DNA of 64,000 nt from assembly GCF_004010195.1 (NCBI RefSeq), contig NC_057753.1:9696622-9760621 (forward strand), read 5' to 3'. The stretch comes from Chiloscyllium plagiosum (lineage: Eukaryota). Positions 13,823 to 27,094 of the stretch are shown piece after piece. The first letter of the stretch is position 1; each line of letters begins with the position of its first letter. Below the pieces are notes generated by a model. It made no database searches. It had not been told where the DNA came from and worked only from the letters and a program-made list of their open reading frames with translations. Position numbers and translations under genes: made by a program.

Positions 13823-14115
13823 TAGATTAGATTCCCTACAGTGTAGAAACAGGCCCTTCGGCCCAACCAGTCCACACTGACCCTCCGAAGAGTAACCCAA
13901 CCAGACCCACTTCCCTCTGACTAATGCACCTAACACTATGGACAATTTAGCATGGCCAATTCATCTGACCTGCACATCTTTGGACTGTGGGAGGAAACCC
14001 ACGCAGACACAGGGAGAATGTGCAAACTGCACACAGACAGTTGCCCAAGGCTGGAATCGAACCTGAGATCCTGGTGCTGGGAGGCAGCTGTGCTAACCAC
14101 TGAGCCACCATGCCA
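13823..14115 (-). mobile_element. tRNA-derived SINE, near full length
   Basis: A/B boxes, conserved core and a CR1-like tail ending in (TAATC)n. Confidence 0.8.
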
Positions 14116-14399
14116 TCCATAGTAGTATCCATGTAACAGTTGACCCCCTAAATTTAACCTTAAAAAGTAGTAAAAAAAAATTGACTATCACTTGAGTATA
14201 TACGGTATAAATGAATTAATGTCCACTGCTTCTTTGCTTTACGCTTTCTCACCTTATGAAAGGTTTCATATGAACGCTCCACTTTTGGATAGTGAGTAAA
14301 ACCTGTATCAGTACAATACACCACAGTCACAAGCCCTTCTTATTTTGTTTAGGCACCCCCGTCAAGCCTGTACCAATTCTTAATCCTTACTTGGACTTG

Positions 14400-15835
14400 C
14401 TATTTATTGCCCATGTGCGGTTTCTATCCCTCTGTTCACCTCCTGTTCATGTGCCTATCAAGATACACCTTAAAAGTTGCTAAGGTGTCTGCTTCCACCA
14501 CCCATCACCCCTCTGTGTGATAAACCTTCCCCTCCACTTCTCCCCTAGAATGTCCTCCTTTCGCCTTGAACCTGTGCCCTCTTGTAGTTGACCTTTTCAC
14601 CCTGGAGAATAAAAATACCTCTGAGTATCATGGAATCCCTACAGTGTGGAAAAGACCATTTGGCGCAAAATGTGTACACTGACCCTCTGAAGAGTAAACA
14701 ACACAGACTCACTCCCCTACTCCTATTGCTCAACATTAGTCCTTGACTAAAGCATCCTCTCCCAGAGCATCCACATCCTTCTGGTAGCGTGGTGACCAGA
14801 ACTGCATGCAATATTCCGAATGTGGCTGGAATAAATAGCTGTAACATAACTTGTCAACTCTTATACTCGGAAGGCAAGCATGCTGTGTGCCTTCGTGACC
14901 ACCGTACCCACCTCTGTTTCCACTTTCAGGGATCTGTATGTCCAGATCCCTCTGCATGCCAGTCATTTATTGTCACTTATTGTACAATTCTTGTATTTCC
15001 TTCTCTTCCTTTCTCCGTGGTGTCTGTATCCAGCTTCCCCTTAATTCTACTCCCCTCTTCATCTCTTTGCCCCCTCCTTACGCTCCACACATCAGCATAT
15101 CATAAGACCATAGGACCTGAAATTAGGCCATTCAACCCACTGAGTCTACTCTGCCATTCAATCGTGGCTGTTAAGTTTCTCAAGCCCATTCTCCCCATTA
15201 CCTTTGATCCACTTGATACTCAAGAACATTTCTATCTCCACCCTTAAATATGCTCAATGACCTGGTCTCTACAGCCTTCTGTGGTAGCGAATTCCATAGA
15301 TACACCACTCTCTGGATGAAGAAGTATCTCCTTATCTCCCAACTAAAGTGTTTTCCCTTTATTCTAAGGCTGTGCCCTTGGGTCCTAGTCTCTGCTATCA
15401 ATGGAAACATCTTCCCAACATCCACTCTGTCCAGGCTGTTCAATATACTGTAGGTTTCAATTGAAACCCCCCTCATCCTTCTAAACTCCATTGAGTATAG
15501 TCCCAGAGTCCTCAGAAGTTCCTCATATGTTAAACTTTTCATTCCTGGGACCATTCTCGTGAACCACCTCTGAACACTCTTCTGGGCCAACACATTCTTG
15601 CTAATAGGAGGCCCAAAACTAAGCACAATGCTCCAAATGTGGCCTTACTAGAGCCATACAGAGTCTCAGAAGTACATCCCTGCTTTTGTATTCAAGTCCT
15701 GTCAAAATAAATGCCATCATTGCATTTGCCTTCCTAACTACTGACTCAGCCTGTAAGTTTATCTTGAGAAAATCCTGAACTTGAACTCCCAAGTCTCTTT
15801 GCACTTCGGATTTCTGCATTTTCTCTCCATATTCT
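14400..15835 (-). mobile_element. CR1 LINE fragments (two or more)
   Basis: QRDLGVQV...RPHLEHC and SVQRWFTRMVPG...FFIQRVVYLWNSLP motifs. Confidence 0.85.
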
Positions 15836-15989
15836 CTCCATAATCCTTCTGTTCCAATGGTGACTGTTTGGTGTCAGGGCAGCACCAGTGATTTCCTGAC
15901 ATGTGGATTGTATTTGGGGATACCAAGGAATGTCAGGAACTGCCAGTATCTTAGGAGCAATCATTATTCCTGGCAGAGGCAGAGAGGAA

Positions 15990-16544
15990 TGTGGTGTGGT
16001 CCTGTAAACTCCAGAACTTTGATAACTTCATGAGTCAGCAATAACTATTTCTGGACCAATAAACACAAGGTCCAACGAGAAATTGCTACAAGGGAGTTAA
16101 CAAACAACATACGTGAGCCATCACTGGGAAGAAGGGGGCAAAACAACCAGCTGTTTCTTTGGACAGATGGGATAATGGTGTTTAATAACTGTGTGACAAA
16201 AGGTCAATTAATTCTGCCTGTAGCAGGAATGCCCTGACATAAAGGAGTTAACTGCAGGACGTGCTGTTTCAAACAGGCGGCAAACCCTCAAGGATAAGAA
16301 GGTAAGCTACACACGTGAGGTCTCCAGAAGTGTGGTTCTATTTCTGCATCGTCAGGATCAATTTCACAAGACTAGAAATAGGCCATCCACAACTTACAGT
16401 CTGTCCTCGACTGTGTACATATTTGAATGTAAGTTTCAGAAAGATATCTGCAGCTTTTCTATAAAGTTGAACTTGCTTTCATGATGTTTCTGAATATATC
16501 ATTTTAGCTACTCTCAATTTTAAAGACCAGTCATTTCTTGTACA
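15990..16544 (+). mobile_element. Possible LTR preceded by a polypurine tract
   Basis: AGAGGCAGAGAGGAA is immediately followed by TG at 15990 and the segment ends ...TGTACA; non-coding, with an AP-1-like TGAGTCA. The ends are not confirmed by a second copy. Confidence 0.3.
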
Positions 16545-17049
16545 GCCGTGTCTACCAGTTAGAGTCATCAACATCCATTCTCTTTCTAGAAGGGTTTGAT
16601 ACAGCGATCAAAGAGGATTTGAGGCACCCGAAAGGACAGGGAGTGGGTGGGAGAGAAGGAGACAGAATGGACGGAGGGGCAGAGTGTGAGGGGGTGAGAG
16701 AGATAATTGACAGGGGGACAGAGGGTGGGTGGATGAGAAAGACTGGGGGGAACAGAGGGTGATGGGAAAGGATAAGATTGTGGGGACCGAGGGTGAGGGA
16801 AAGAGAAAGACTGGTGGGCAAAGGTGGGGAGGAAGAGAATGCAGGGCAGAGGGCTGGAGGTTGAGAGAGAATAGAAGGGGGACAGTTGGTGGGGAGAGAT
16901 TGGACAGGGGCAGAGGGTGGGGGGGGGGGGGGGGGTAAAGACTGCCCAAATCCCACCTTCCCAGGCCCGGTGTTGATATCTCACGAACTGGAATCCACTC
17001 CCCCCACAGCAGACTTGGAGCAATCATTTCTCAATATACATGTGACGAA

Positions 17050-17385
17050 GGCAGTAGAATCAAGTAATTCTGACAGGCCATTCGGCCCATCGAATTCACA
17101 CTGACCTTCCAAACAGCATTTTCCAGACCCACCTGCTGACCCTACAGCCCTGCAGTTCCTCATGGCTAACCCACTCTAATCTACACACTTCAGCATGGCC
17201 GATCCCCCCTAAACTGCAGGTCTTTGGACTGTGGGAGGAAACCAGAGCACTCGCAGGTAACCCACACAGACACAAGGAGGAGGACGTGCCAAAGTCCACA
17301 CAGACAGTTGCCCAAGGATGGAATCAAACATGGACCATTGGCACTGTGAGGCAGCAGTACTAACCACTGAGCCACTGTGCCGTCC
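17050..17385 (-). mobile_element. tRNA-derived SINE
   Basis: A-box and core shared with the other SINE copies. Confidence 0.7.
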
Positions 17386-18065
17386 AGAGTTAGCTTCTAA
17401 CTTTTCACGCACCCTCAGCAGAGGCTCTCTCCTGACTTTTGTGGACCACGCCTGCTGTAACCTCCATTTCCCACATCTTCAGCCCGGAGCACATTGGTTC
17501 CCGAATCCTGGTACCAGATAGACACCGATGTCATCTGGCCTCCTGTTACCAACTGCAATCCCTGTCACTATTCTGTGTCTTACCACCACCTCCCCAACCC
17601 AGCCGGTTCGCTCCTCCTCCCCTTGCAGCCCTCTCTCAGATCCCCTTTACCTGCCTGACTCAATCAGAAGGGTCTGTCTGGAGAGGAATGACCAACTCCT
17701 AGAATAAAATGTCTGATTATCTTTATCCCCAACGGTCTGCAGCCTGGCTTCCAGCTCCATCTCTCTGAGCCGAATGTCTGCCAGCATGTGTTTGCCCTGC
17801 ATCATAGCATCCAGAACCTCTCACCTTCTGCAAATCAAAAGGCAAGTTCCACCTTACACTCTCCAACATGTGTTGTGTAACTGCTTAATCGTATCTGGTG
17901 GCCGAGCAGAGGCCAAGTTCAATTTGGCTATTGATACCCAAGTTTGAGGATGGCCTCAAACGAATCTTGGGTTCATGTCACATTACAGGTGACTCCACTA
18001 CACTATACAGTCCCTCACTCTTTCTCTCTTTCATACACACACACACACAACCCCTCTCTCATATA

Positions 18066-18392
18066 TTAGATTAGATTACCTTCAGTGTGGAAACAAGCCA
18101 TTTGGTCCAACAAGTCCACACCGACCCTGCGAAGAGTAGCCCACCCAAACCAATTTCCCTACCCTATATTTATCCCTGACTAATACTTCTAACACTACAG
18201 GCAATTTAGCTTGGCCAATTCACTTGACCTGCACATCTTTGGATTGTTGGAGGAAACCCGAGCACGCAGAGGAAACCCACACAGAGATGGGGAAAATGTC
18301 TGTGTGGAGTTTGCACGGTCTCCCAAGGAATTGAACCTGGGTCCCTGGCACGGTGAAGCAACAGTGCTAACCACTGAGCCACTGTGCTGCCC
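18066..18392 (-). mobile_element. tRNA-derived SINE
   Basis: A/B boxes and (TAATC)n tail. Confidence 0.75.
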
Positions 18393-19439
18393 TCATACAC
18401 ACACACTCTCTCTCAGAAACACAAACTCACAGTCTTATACTCCATCACACACACACTTTACTAAGCATACACACACACACACTCATAAATACACACATAT
18501 ACACACAAATCAATAGGGTGAATTTGCCGAATTATATTTGCAGATACATTCCATTTTGCTCAAAAGGTGCACAATCTGCAGGCAGTCAATGCATGTAATA
18601 TTTTATAAATTCCTATTTTCTAAATAGAACCAGTCTGACTCAAGTTTGGGATTCTGACAGACTTGAACCTCACACCTTTCATGCATTATCTGAGCTGTCA
18701 CTTGTTTTTATAAAACCTTAAGTTATCTCGAGGATGTGACTTAAAAGTAGTTCTGGGATTTGCATATTAACGAACCAAAACCTGCAGCCCATTCTAAAAG
18801 ATGAAAGACTTAACAGCAATCTTGGTTTGTTCAATATATCATTTCAGTTGCATGACACTGATCTTTTGCTATAAATTCTGTGTCTTATGATCCTGCTCCA
18901 TAGCTATCTGATGAAGGAGCAGCGCTACAAAAGCTAGTGCTTCCAAATAAACCTGTTGGACTATAATTTGGTATTGTGTTATTTTTAACGTTGTTTCTCA
19001 TGAACACAGCCACAACACTTCCGGCTGCTGCCAGTAAACATTACAATGCTGATGAAACGATGCAGTACCTGCAGAGATGAAAATCTTAACAGTTTCTAAC
19101 GATACTCGCTACTGATTCACTGCTCCTTCTGATACACAACTTTGGCAACTTAGTGCTGGAAGCCGAGTGAGCAGCTTTAAAACAGAAACCTGTTGGATTT
19201 TATATCTTTCAATGTCTGAGTCCGAATTCAGGTAACCTTTATTGCGACCCAACTTTGGTACAGCTTCAGATCTCCCCAGCAAAAAAAATTACAAAAAGTA
19301 GCTTTTCTTTTCTTCAACAGCTGAAGCTCAAAGCACACACACACACCCGACCTCTCCTGCCACCACAGTTGCTTTACTATTGGTAAGCACTGAGGTGTCC
19401 CTTTGTAACTGGATCCTTGGTAAGTCTTAACCTGTAGGA

Positions 19440-19985
19440 AGTTATGCCCCACTCAGCAATTTCAACCCATATACTGTATCCAAGTAAGTTTCTCCCCACT
19501 CATTTTCTGGGGATGCGGGTGGGGACAGGGTGTTTAAAGTCGACCACATTGCTGAGAGTCTGGAGTCATGTGTAGGCAAGACCGGGTAAAATATGCATCT
19601 GGGACGACTGAGTGAATCCTTTCCCACAACAGCAGTTTCCTTCCCTAAAAAAATCATGAGTGAATCAGGTGGGGATGTTTTCCCCCTGAAAATGGTTTCA
19701 TCATTAGATTCTGAACTCCAGATTTCTGACCAAATTCCAATTCCCCCCAAACTGAGTAACTGGTTTCAAGCATTTTTCACAGTCAGTGCACTGAATCTCC
19801 CTCACTTGGGTGTCTCCGTATTCTTCCTGCCAAAGTGTCCAAAATCTCTCAAGCAGACAAAAGCAAACATTTCTTCTCAATTGGAATGGTTGCTGATATT
19901 CAAGTCCCAATGAATCAAGTGGCTCTGTCAGAAGTTGATGTATCAGTTGCTTTCAGATTTCTTTCTACATGTCTTCCTGCAAAAA
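19440..19985 (-). pseudogene. ZNF paralog exon with the finger array deleted
   Basis: Reverse complement matches 8525-8770 joined directly to 9960-10270. Confidence 0.75.
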
Positions 19986-20189
19986 TAAATTCACAAAATA
20001 CGTGATCACAGTCAATACTGTTAAATGAACATAACAGAGGTGACAATTCCTGTAGTTTGCCAGATGCCTGATCACATATTATCCAGGACACAGGAACCCG
20101 AAAACCCTCATGCTGCCAGATAGCCTTTAGTGTGTATAGAGGAAATCTTCATTTCGGTGACAATAACCTGGAACAAGCTGCCTACAAAG

Positions 20190-20413
20190 GTTAAAAGCAA
20201 ATGACTGCAGATGCTGGAATTTGAAACCAAAAGAGAAAATGCTGGAAAATCTCAGCAGGTCTGGCAGCATCTGTAAGGAGAGAAAAGAGCTGACGTTTCG
20301 AGTCTAACTGACTTTGACAAAGGGTCAGTTAGATTCAAAACGTCAGCTCTTTTCTCTCCTTACAGATGCTGCCAGACCTGCTGAGATTTTCCAGCATTTT
20401 CTCTTTTGGTTTC
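20190..20413. mobile_element. Palindromic Penelope-type insertion
   Basis: Near-perfect inverted arms spanning 20223-20413, flanked by TGCCTACAAAG / TGCCGACAAAG; absent from the paralog at ~8325. Confidence 0.75.
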
Positions 20414-21784
20414 TGCCGACAAAGACACTGGAAATGGAGCTGAATCAAGGACAATGAAAATGAAATGTCAAGGCTACTTGAGAAAAGCAAACCAGTAAAG
20501 TTGCTGAATGACTTCTTGCTGTTCTATTAAATAAAAAAATGACAAGAAACACAGGATATAACTTCAGTGCTAGATTAAAATGTGAAAAATAATAGCCATA
20601 AAACTTTTATAACAGCGAATAATATCAGATATACACCATATGAAGCAACATATGTCTACATTTTATATCAACGTGCCAATCCCTTAGATTCTGCTCCATC
20701 CCATGTGTAACTACCCTTTTAATTCTGAACATGAGGAAAGAAGCGATCTTTTTCCACAATGCAAACCGTATTTAAATAAACGTGCCAAACTGAGGAGAAA
20801 AAATTAATATACCATTAAGAAGGACAGAGAGCATCTGACACCTTTGTAGAGTCTGCACCCTCCCTCGATTCAGTCCAGATGCTTCAAGTGAATAATGTTT
20901 CCCCCCCCCACTCCCCCCTCCTTCCCAGGATGAGGAATGGAAAGGGCGAAGACATTGCTTTGCTCCCACGATTTCTCCATGATGTGGGAATCTTTGTCTC
21001 TCGCCAGCTTTGACAATTTGTTGAAAGACCACTCACGTATGGAACGTGTTCCATCTATTGCTGCTGCGAATGGGGTGTTGCTATTTCAGGCTGTGTATCC
21101 ACTTAAAGCTCTTCCCACAGTCAGTTCATTGGGACACACTCACTCAGGTCTGTGTGCCTCAGTCTCACTAATGTTTGAAACCTTTCGAAGCAGACAGGAC
21201 CAATCCCCCCTAAACTGCAGATCTTTGAACCAATACAATCAGCAGTTGGAACAAGCCCTCATTCTATAAACTCCACCCCACTTTCATCTCCTGCAAAGTC
21301 AACAAGTTAACCACAGAATGAGAAAGTAAATGGAAAAGGAGAGGGTGAGAAAAGAGTGTGCGGTACTCACAGATATCATACAGAGGAAGGAAGTAGCAGT
21401 CTGGGGTGAAGCTCAATCTTCATTCAGAGAGAGGGGTGCAGCAGCAGCAGCTTCAGGAGCTCATGGTCCAACTTCTGCAATCAGACAATAGGGGGTTCTG
21501 ATTGACAGGAAGACCTAACAGCCTTCCGGTCCTCCAGGGATTCCAATTGATCAATCTCTAGGCACAGCTCACAATGGTCTTTATGATGCAAGGGCGGTTG
21601 ACCAATGTGAGACAGGCAGTTTAGAACACATGGACATCACTGGCTGGCACTGCAGCTCCAAGGCCTCCAAGTATCTTCCACTCCCGGGGTCCCCACTGGT
21701 ACCCCTCCAATGACACACTCATTCACTTGGCTGAACTGGTTCTCACCCTCAATTCGTTCCCGTATACATGCTGAGCCCTGTGGC

Positions 21785-22060
21785 TATGTGGTTGGCACTG
21801 CTGCCTCGCAGTGCCAGGGTCCCGGGTTTAATGCCAGCCTTGGATGGCTGTCTGTGTGGAATTTGCACATTCTCCCTGTGTCTGTGTGGGTTTCTTCCGG
21901 GTGCTCCGGTTTCTTCCCACAGTCCAAAGATGTGTAGGTCAGGTGAATTGGCCATGCTAAATTGCCCATAGTGTTAGGTGCATTAGTCAGAGGGATATTG
22001 ATTTAGGTGGTTTATTCTTCGTAGGATTGGTGTGGACTTATTGGGCCTGTTTCCACACTC
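21785..22060 (+). mobile_element. tRNA-derived SINE
   Basis: Degenerate A/B boxes and shared core. Confidence 0.7.
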
Positions 22061-24121
22061 TAGAAAATTGAATCATCTCCTGATTGTCTCCAGCCTTAAT
22101 TTAAAACATCCACTTGTTGAAACTTTTCCTTCTTTTGAAAATGAAGCATTCAGTCTTCATAGTCGATATAATGCGGATGAGTGACTTGCGCCATCCTAAA
22201 CCGGGTCCCATCCCAGGGACTAGAATAATGTTAATGAAGCATGCCCCTGACTGCAAGACCAAACGGCTAAATTTGCTCAATATGTCCAGTGTGATACGGA
22301 TGCAAATGCGGTGGTTTTCTTTTGGGATGGCCAGAACCAGACTGAACCATGATGCAAGTTACAAGTAAAACAAATTATATTCAGCATCCTCGTGATCCCA
22401 AATGCCGTATGCCAGCCCTGATAGGGTTGATTGGAACCAGGATACCCACTGGGGGCGTAACCTTCTCATATACCTACCCGACGACCATGACTGGACAACG
22501 TTTTCCCGAGGGGACCCTGAAAATGGGGACAGGCAGGCCCCAATATTTCACCTTTGTGAATGGCAACAAGACATCAAAAAAAAACTCAGGGGCAAATGCC
22601 TGGCCCTTGCTTTAATTGTTGAAATTTGGCCAATGGGGAGTAGTGTGTCTTTAATGTTACCTCGGAGCTAACGTTGGGAATCGACAGGCTTTCATCCTAT
22701 CAAAAGGAAAATCTACTAATATACTAATATACACTGACTCTTCATTGTGCTTTTAATATGATCCACAATTTTGGAGCCTTGTGGGAACATTGAAGATTTT
22801 TAACTCCAAAGGGAGTTATAGTATTATTACTATAAAGGGGGGCTGCATTATTTGTCTAATCAATCTGACAGTTATCAAGATATCTGGCTCATGCTGATGA
22901 AAATGATACTGTTTATAAAGTGATGGGCAAGTATATGCAGCTGCCAAGCAGTTAGCCTTACAACTCAAACTTCTGATCCTATAGGGTCCCGAACAAAACC
23001 CGTTTAGACACAGTATAAGGTATGCCAGACCTGGGTAAGGTACAAAATCACGGGGGAATGATACTGTCTATTCAGTGACAATTCACAATGTAGAGGTTGA
23101 TTTCTCTATTGCTTACTGACTGTAATCATACAGGTTTAGTGTTTGGATTGTTTTCAATATTGTTTAGAAATTTGGAAGTAATTTTCAAATTTCCATTTTT
23201 GAAATAATTACAGGCACTTTATATTACCATATACTACTGACTGAATTATCAAGTGATTTGATTTCATACATAGACGCTAAGCCTAAATGTCTTTGCTTTG
23301 TGTATGAAGCTTATAAGAATGCACACTGGTTGATTTGATTTATTTTTGGATTGGGCTGTGAGATCCAATAAGGAGTGTCTGTCTGAGCTATTATCTTCAC
23401 TCAGATATTTAATACTGAACAGTGATGGTTTATCATTTTAAAGACTGCACCAATGTCTAAATTATAGACTTAGCTCAATATTAGAAAAACATCAGTGTGG
23501 TTGGAAAGCTTTGTGTTGTGTTATCATAATTTGGGGATAGCATTGCCCTCCAGCCAATATTCATCGCCAACTTTTCTGCTCAAAATCACCATATGGTTTC
23601 TGTACTTAATTCTAAACACTGTTAAGTACGGCTGTACATCAGGCCATTTGATTGGTCACAAGTTTAATGTATGTTTTTAAAAAGAATACAATATATTGCA
23701 GAACTAATCTAAATTTTAGGTAATATCGATGTTTTCACTCGCAAAACTTCGAAGAGTATTACGTCCTAGAAAAGCTAGATTTCTAGAAGTAGGCTTGGGC
23801 TCCTTCATATAAAGTAAACAAAAAATGGGTAGGAAGGGAATCTCTAGTGCAGAGTTTAAAATGCGAGCCTTTTGCCGGTGTAGGCATTATATTTACTCCA
23901 GTGGGCTACTTGAGTTTGATTAATTTGAGAATTATTTATTTCAAAATTGCTCTTAGGGCTTCCAGCCTGCAAAGAGCACAGATTGTGGCCTCAAATAGGA
24001 TTCTCCCGCGATACTCAAACCAGAATATGGGTGACCCCCTACAAGATTAGTTTGTGTTACTTTGCTGCTGCCTATTTAAATTGATTATATGTATTTTGTT
24101 TATACTTATATACAAGGAGGA

Positions 24122-24565
24122 AATAGAGTCATAGAGATGTACAGCATGGAAACAGACCCTTCGGTCCATCCCGTCCATGCCGACCAGATATCCCAACGCA
24201 ATCTAGTCCCACCTGCCAGCACCCGTCCCTCCAAACCCTTCCTATACATATATCCATCCAAATGCCTCTTAAATGTTGCAATTGTACCAGCCCCCACCAC
24301 ATCCTCTGGCAGCTCATTCCATATACGTACCACCCTCTGCGTGACAAAGTTGCCCCTTCTAAATCCTTTCTGAACCCTTTCAAGTTTCACAACATCTTTC
24401 CGATAGGAAGGAGACCAGAACTGCATGCAATATTCCAACAGTGGCCTAACCAATGTCCTGTACAGCCGCAACATGACCTCCCAACTCCTGTACTCAATAC
24501 TCTGACCAATAAAGGAAAGCATACCAAACACCTTCTTCACTATCCTATCTACCTGCGACTCCACT
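24122..24565 (-). mobile_element. CR1 LINE fragment with internal deletion
   Basis: LVRPLLEYCMQFWSP...FVTQRVVRIWNELP. Confidence 0.9.
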
Positions 24566-24599
24566 ATACATTATTACAATGAACACTCCATGGTCTCCA

Positions 24600-27045
24600 A
24601 ACTTGCAAGGGGCGGAAGATGACAAAGATCAAACTTGCCAGCATTGGTGTACAAGAAGGGACAGTTTACCTGTGTGATCCTGAGCAAACAGAGACTGTAC
24701 TAACTTTGCCAGGAAGATGTCCTTGTGTGCCGAGAGACTGAATGTTACCAAGAATGACTATTTCAGTGGTCAACTGCATCAAAAAGATTAACAGTTCATT
24801 TACAGAACAAGTCTAAATGGTCTTTACCCTGTAAGGGTGTTGTGTGGCAGTTTGATTACACTTGTACTATGGGCATCCCTGGTAAGCCTTGTCCTCTTTC
24901 AGATAGATCACGTAGTAAAAGAGACAAAGGGCGGATGTTATCTTTCACTAACAATTTGTTTCTAGAAACCCATAATAAAATATTTGGAGAGGATGAAGTA
25001 GTTTGTTACGCCCTTATTTTAGCAAGAGACTGCCTGACCCCTTTTATCCTTCCAAGCCCTAACATGGTGGTATAGAATAGTTCTAAAGTATTTACATGAT
25101 TATGGACTTCCTCCAATAAATCCGCAATATCCTATCCAAATTGCTACAATGGAAAGGGATGGGGGTGTGCTTATGTAAGAGTGTCTAAAATTCTCCCCTG
25201 TGCTATGATAAAATGTATCAGTTGTCACTGCTTCCCTGAAGGATCTTGCATCTCATGTGTATGCCTTAAGGAGGAATGCGTCTCTATTACCACTGGTATT
25301 CAAATCCTTTGTGGGTGGGTAACAACACTCACCTTCATTATGATACCCCTAATGGCACTAATATTTTCCCAGTTATTGGATGGGTAGAACCATTCTGGGA
25401 TGTCGACCACATCTTTTATCAAGAGACCCACCTCATTCAACTAAATCATTTCAGCCTTTACGTTTGGGACCAAACTATGTAATCATGGATTACCCAGATA
25501 CTCCAGGAAATCACAGAGAGGCGCACTTCTTATTGGGAAGGTCCCTCCATTATCTCTACTAAACCTGGATATTATGTTTTCAGTTATAATAACGCATCTA
25601 ACTAACTACCTTGTCCTGAATAGAGTAAGTACTCCTCATGCTGTAGCTGTAGGAACACTATTTCCAACTGCTGTTTCCTGTCCAATTACCTGGCAACGAG
25701 ATCATAATTCCCCTTTCAAATGTTCAGTTCCTCTGATTTTTGTGCAGAATGGAAGAATCCAAAGGTTCTATCGAAAAGTAAAATTCACTCATTGGCATAT
25801 GCAGCCCTTAGTGTTCTTTCAGGAATTATTGGTCATCAAAACTGTAATTATCTGATTTGCGGACTCACGATTTTGGGAAGTGAGACAACTGCTGCCCTAA
25901 TAGAAGTTAGGGACATGCTTTCAGAATTGCACCTATTTATCCAACAACACCCCTATGCCCTCGATTACAAACTTGTGAAGGAAGGTGGAGTGTGCGCCAT
26001 AGTCAAAGGAAAGTGCATCATGGAGGTCACTAATCTTATCAAAATCATTACTAGACATATAGATAACATCCATACTTTTGTCGACCAAGTGTATGAAAGT
26101 GCAGGATGGGGAGATTGGGATTTGGCTCATGGTACAACTAGCTAATCAATATGCCTATGTTTGTGAAGAACTTTGACCCCTCAAGAGGGGGCTTTTGGTT
26201 TGAGATCTGTCAAAAGAATCAATGAATACGGTCAATTAAAAAAGCAAGGGTTATTAGTTAATTGAATTAAGGTACCTTGACGCAATTCTATCCAGCAACA
26301 CAGAGCTTCAGAGCTTCTGTGTTCCATGGTGAAGTTGCACAATTACATTTGAAAATTACACATTATTTATGTTTTTTCAGAGATAGTACAGCCTTAGTTA
26401 CAAGAAAAGACCAATCTCATAATAAGGTGACATGATTTACAGCAGGTTAATCCAATGATATTTCATGGGAAAAACTTTCTTATTTACAAGAAAAGTCCAA
26501 TCAACTGTAATATGGTGACATGATTGACAACAGGCTAATCCAATGGTATTCCTTGGAAACGAAATCTTATTTACATAAATTGTCACGCCATGTATCAGTT
26601 CAAGGTTAGTTGGAATGGTCAATTAATGTGTCAGTATTCATTTTATGAAAACACTATTGTCCTCTAATCTTTGAATTTCAGCATAATTCTGCAAATCAGC
26701 AGTACAGGTTCACAGAGTTCAATCACTATTCTCAGCCATTTTTTAGTATTCTTTTAAATTGAAAAACCATTTTGTGGTTAATAAAAATCTACATATACTT
26801 GTTGCCTAAATTCAAATTTTAGCTCTTCATATGCTACTATTGGTTTAGTTGGTCTTTTTGTTGGTATTGCTATTGTTAAGTGTATTATTGCTAAAATATT
26901 AGTTTCTCTTGACAACATTGGTTCCACCCAGAAAATACTTGTTCTCCACTTAGATGATGATGATGAAGCATTATCATCTGCTCCTGGTTCCTCTTTGGAG
27001 GAAGAGAAAATATTGCTGTCTTTTGCTGCCATTGAATTGGATTAA
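24600..27045 (+). pseudogene. env: ERV-B env pseudogene, interrupted by an antisense LTR at ~26155-26829
   Basis: SU-like NNLFLETHNKIFG; TM ectodomain QQHPYALDYKLVKEGGVCAIVKGKC (~25945-26020); membrane anchor and tail YATIGLVGLFVGIAIVKCII...IELD* resume at 26830. Confidence 0.75.
26155..26829 (-). mobile_element. Antisense solo LTR of the ERV-B family
   Basis: Reverse complement begins TGAAGAGCTAAAATTTGAATTTAGGC and aligns with 27095-27530; TATGC is present on both flanks. Confidence 0.75.
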
Positions 27046-27094
27046 TTTGATCCATGCCTTTATGGTTTTGTCATAGAATGACAAAAGAGAGGAA

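Noticed and set aside
12158..14246. Near-identical ~265-bp repeat at 12158-12425 and 13980-14246
   Set aside because: It flanks an N gap and is almost identical, so a scaffolding or haplotype overlap is the simplest explanation.
16630..16935. Purine-rich, G-run region with several ORFs
   Set aside because: Low-complexity sequence; the ORFs reflect composition. G-quadruplex potential alone is unremarkable.
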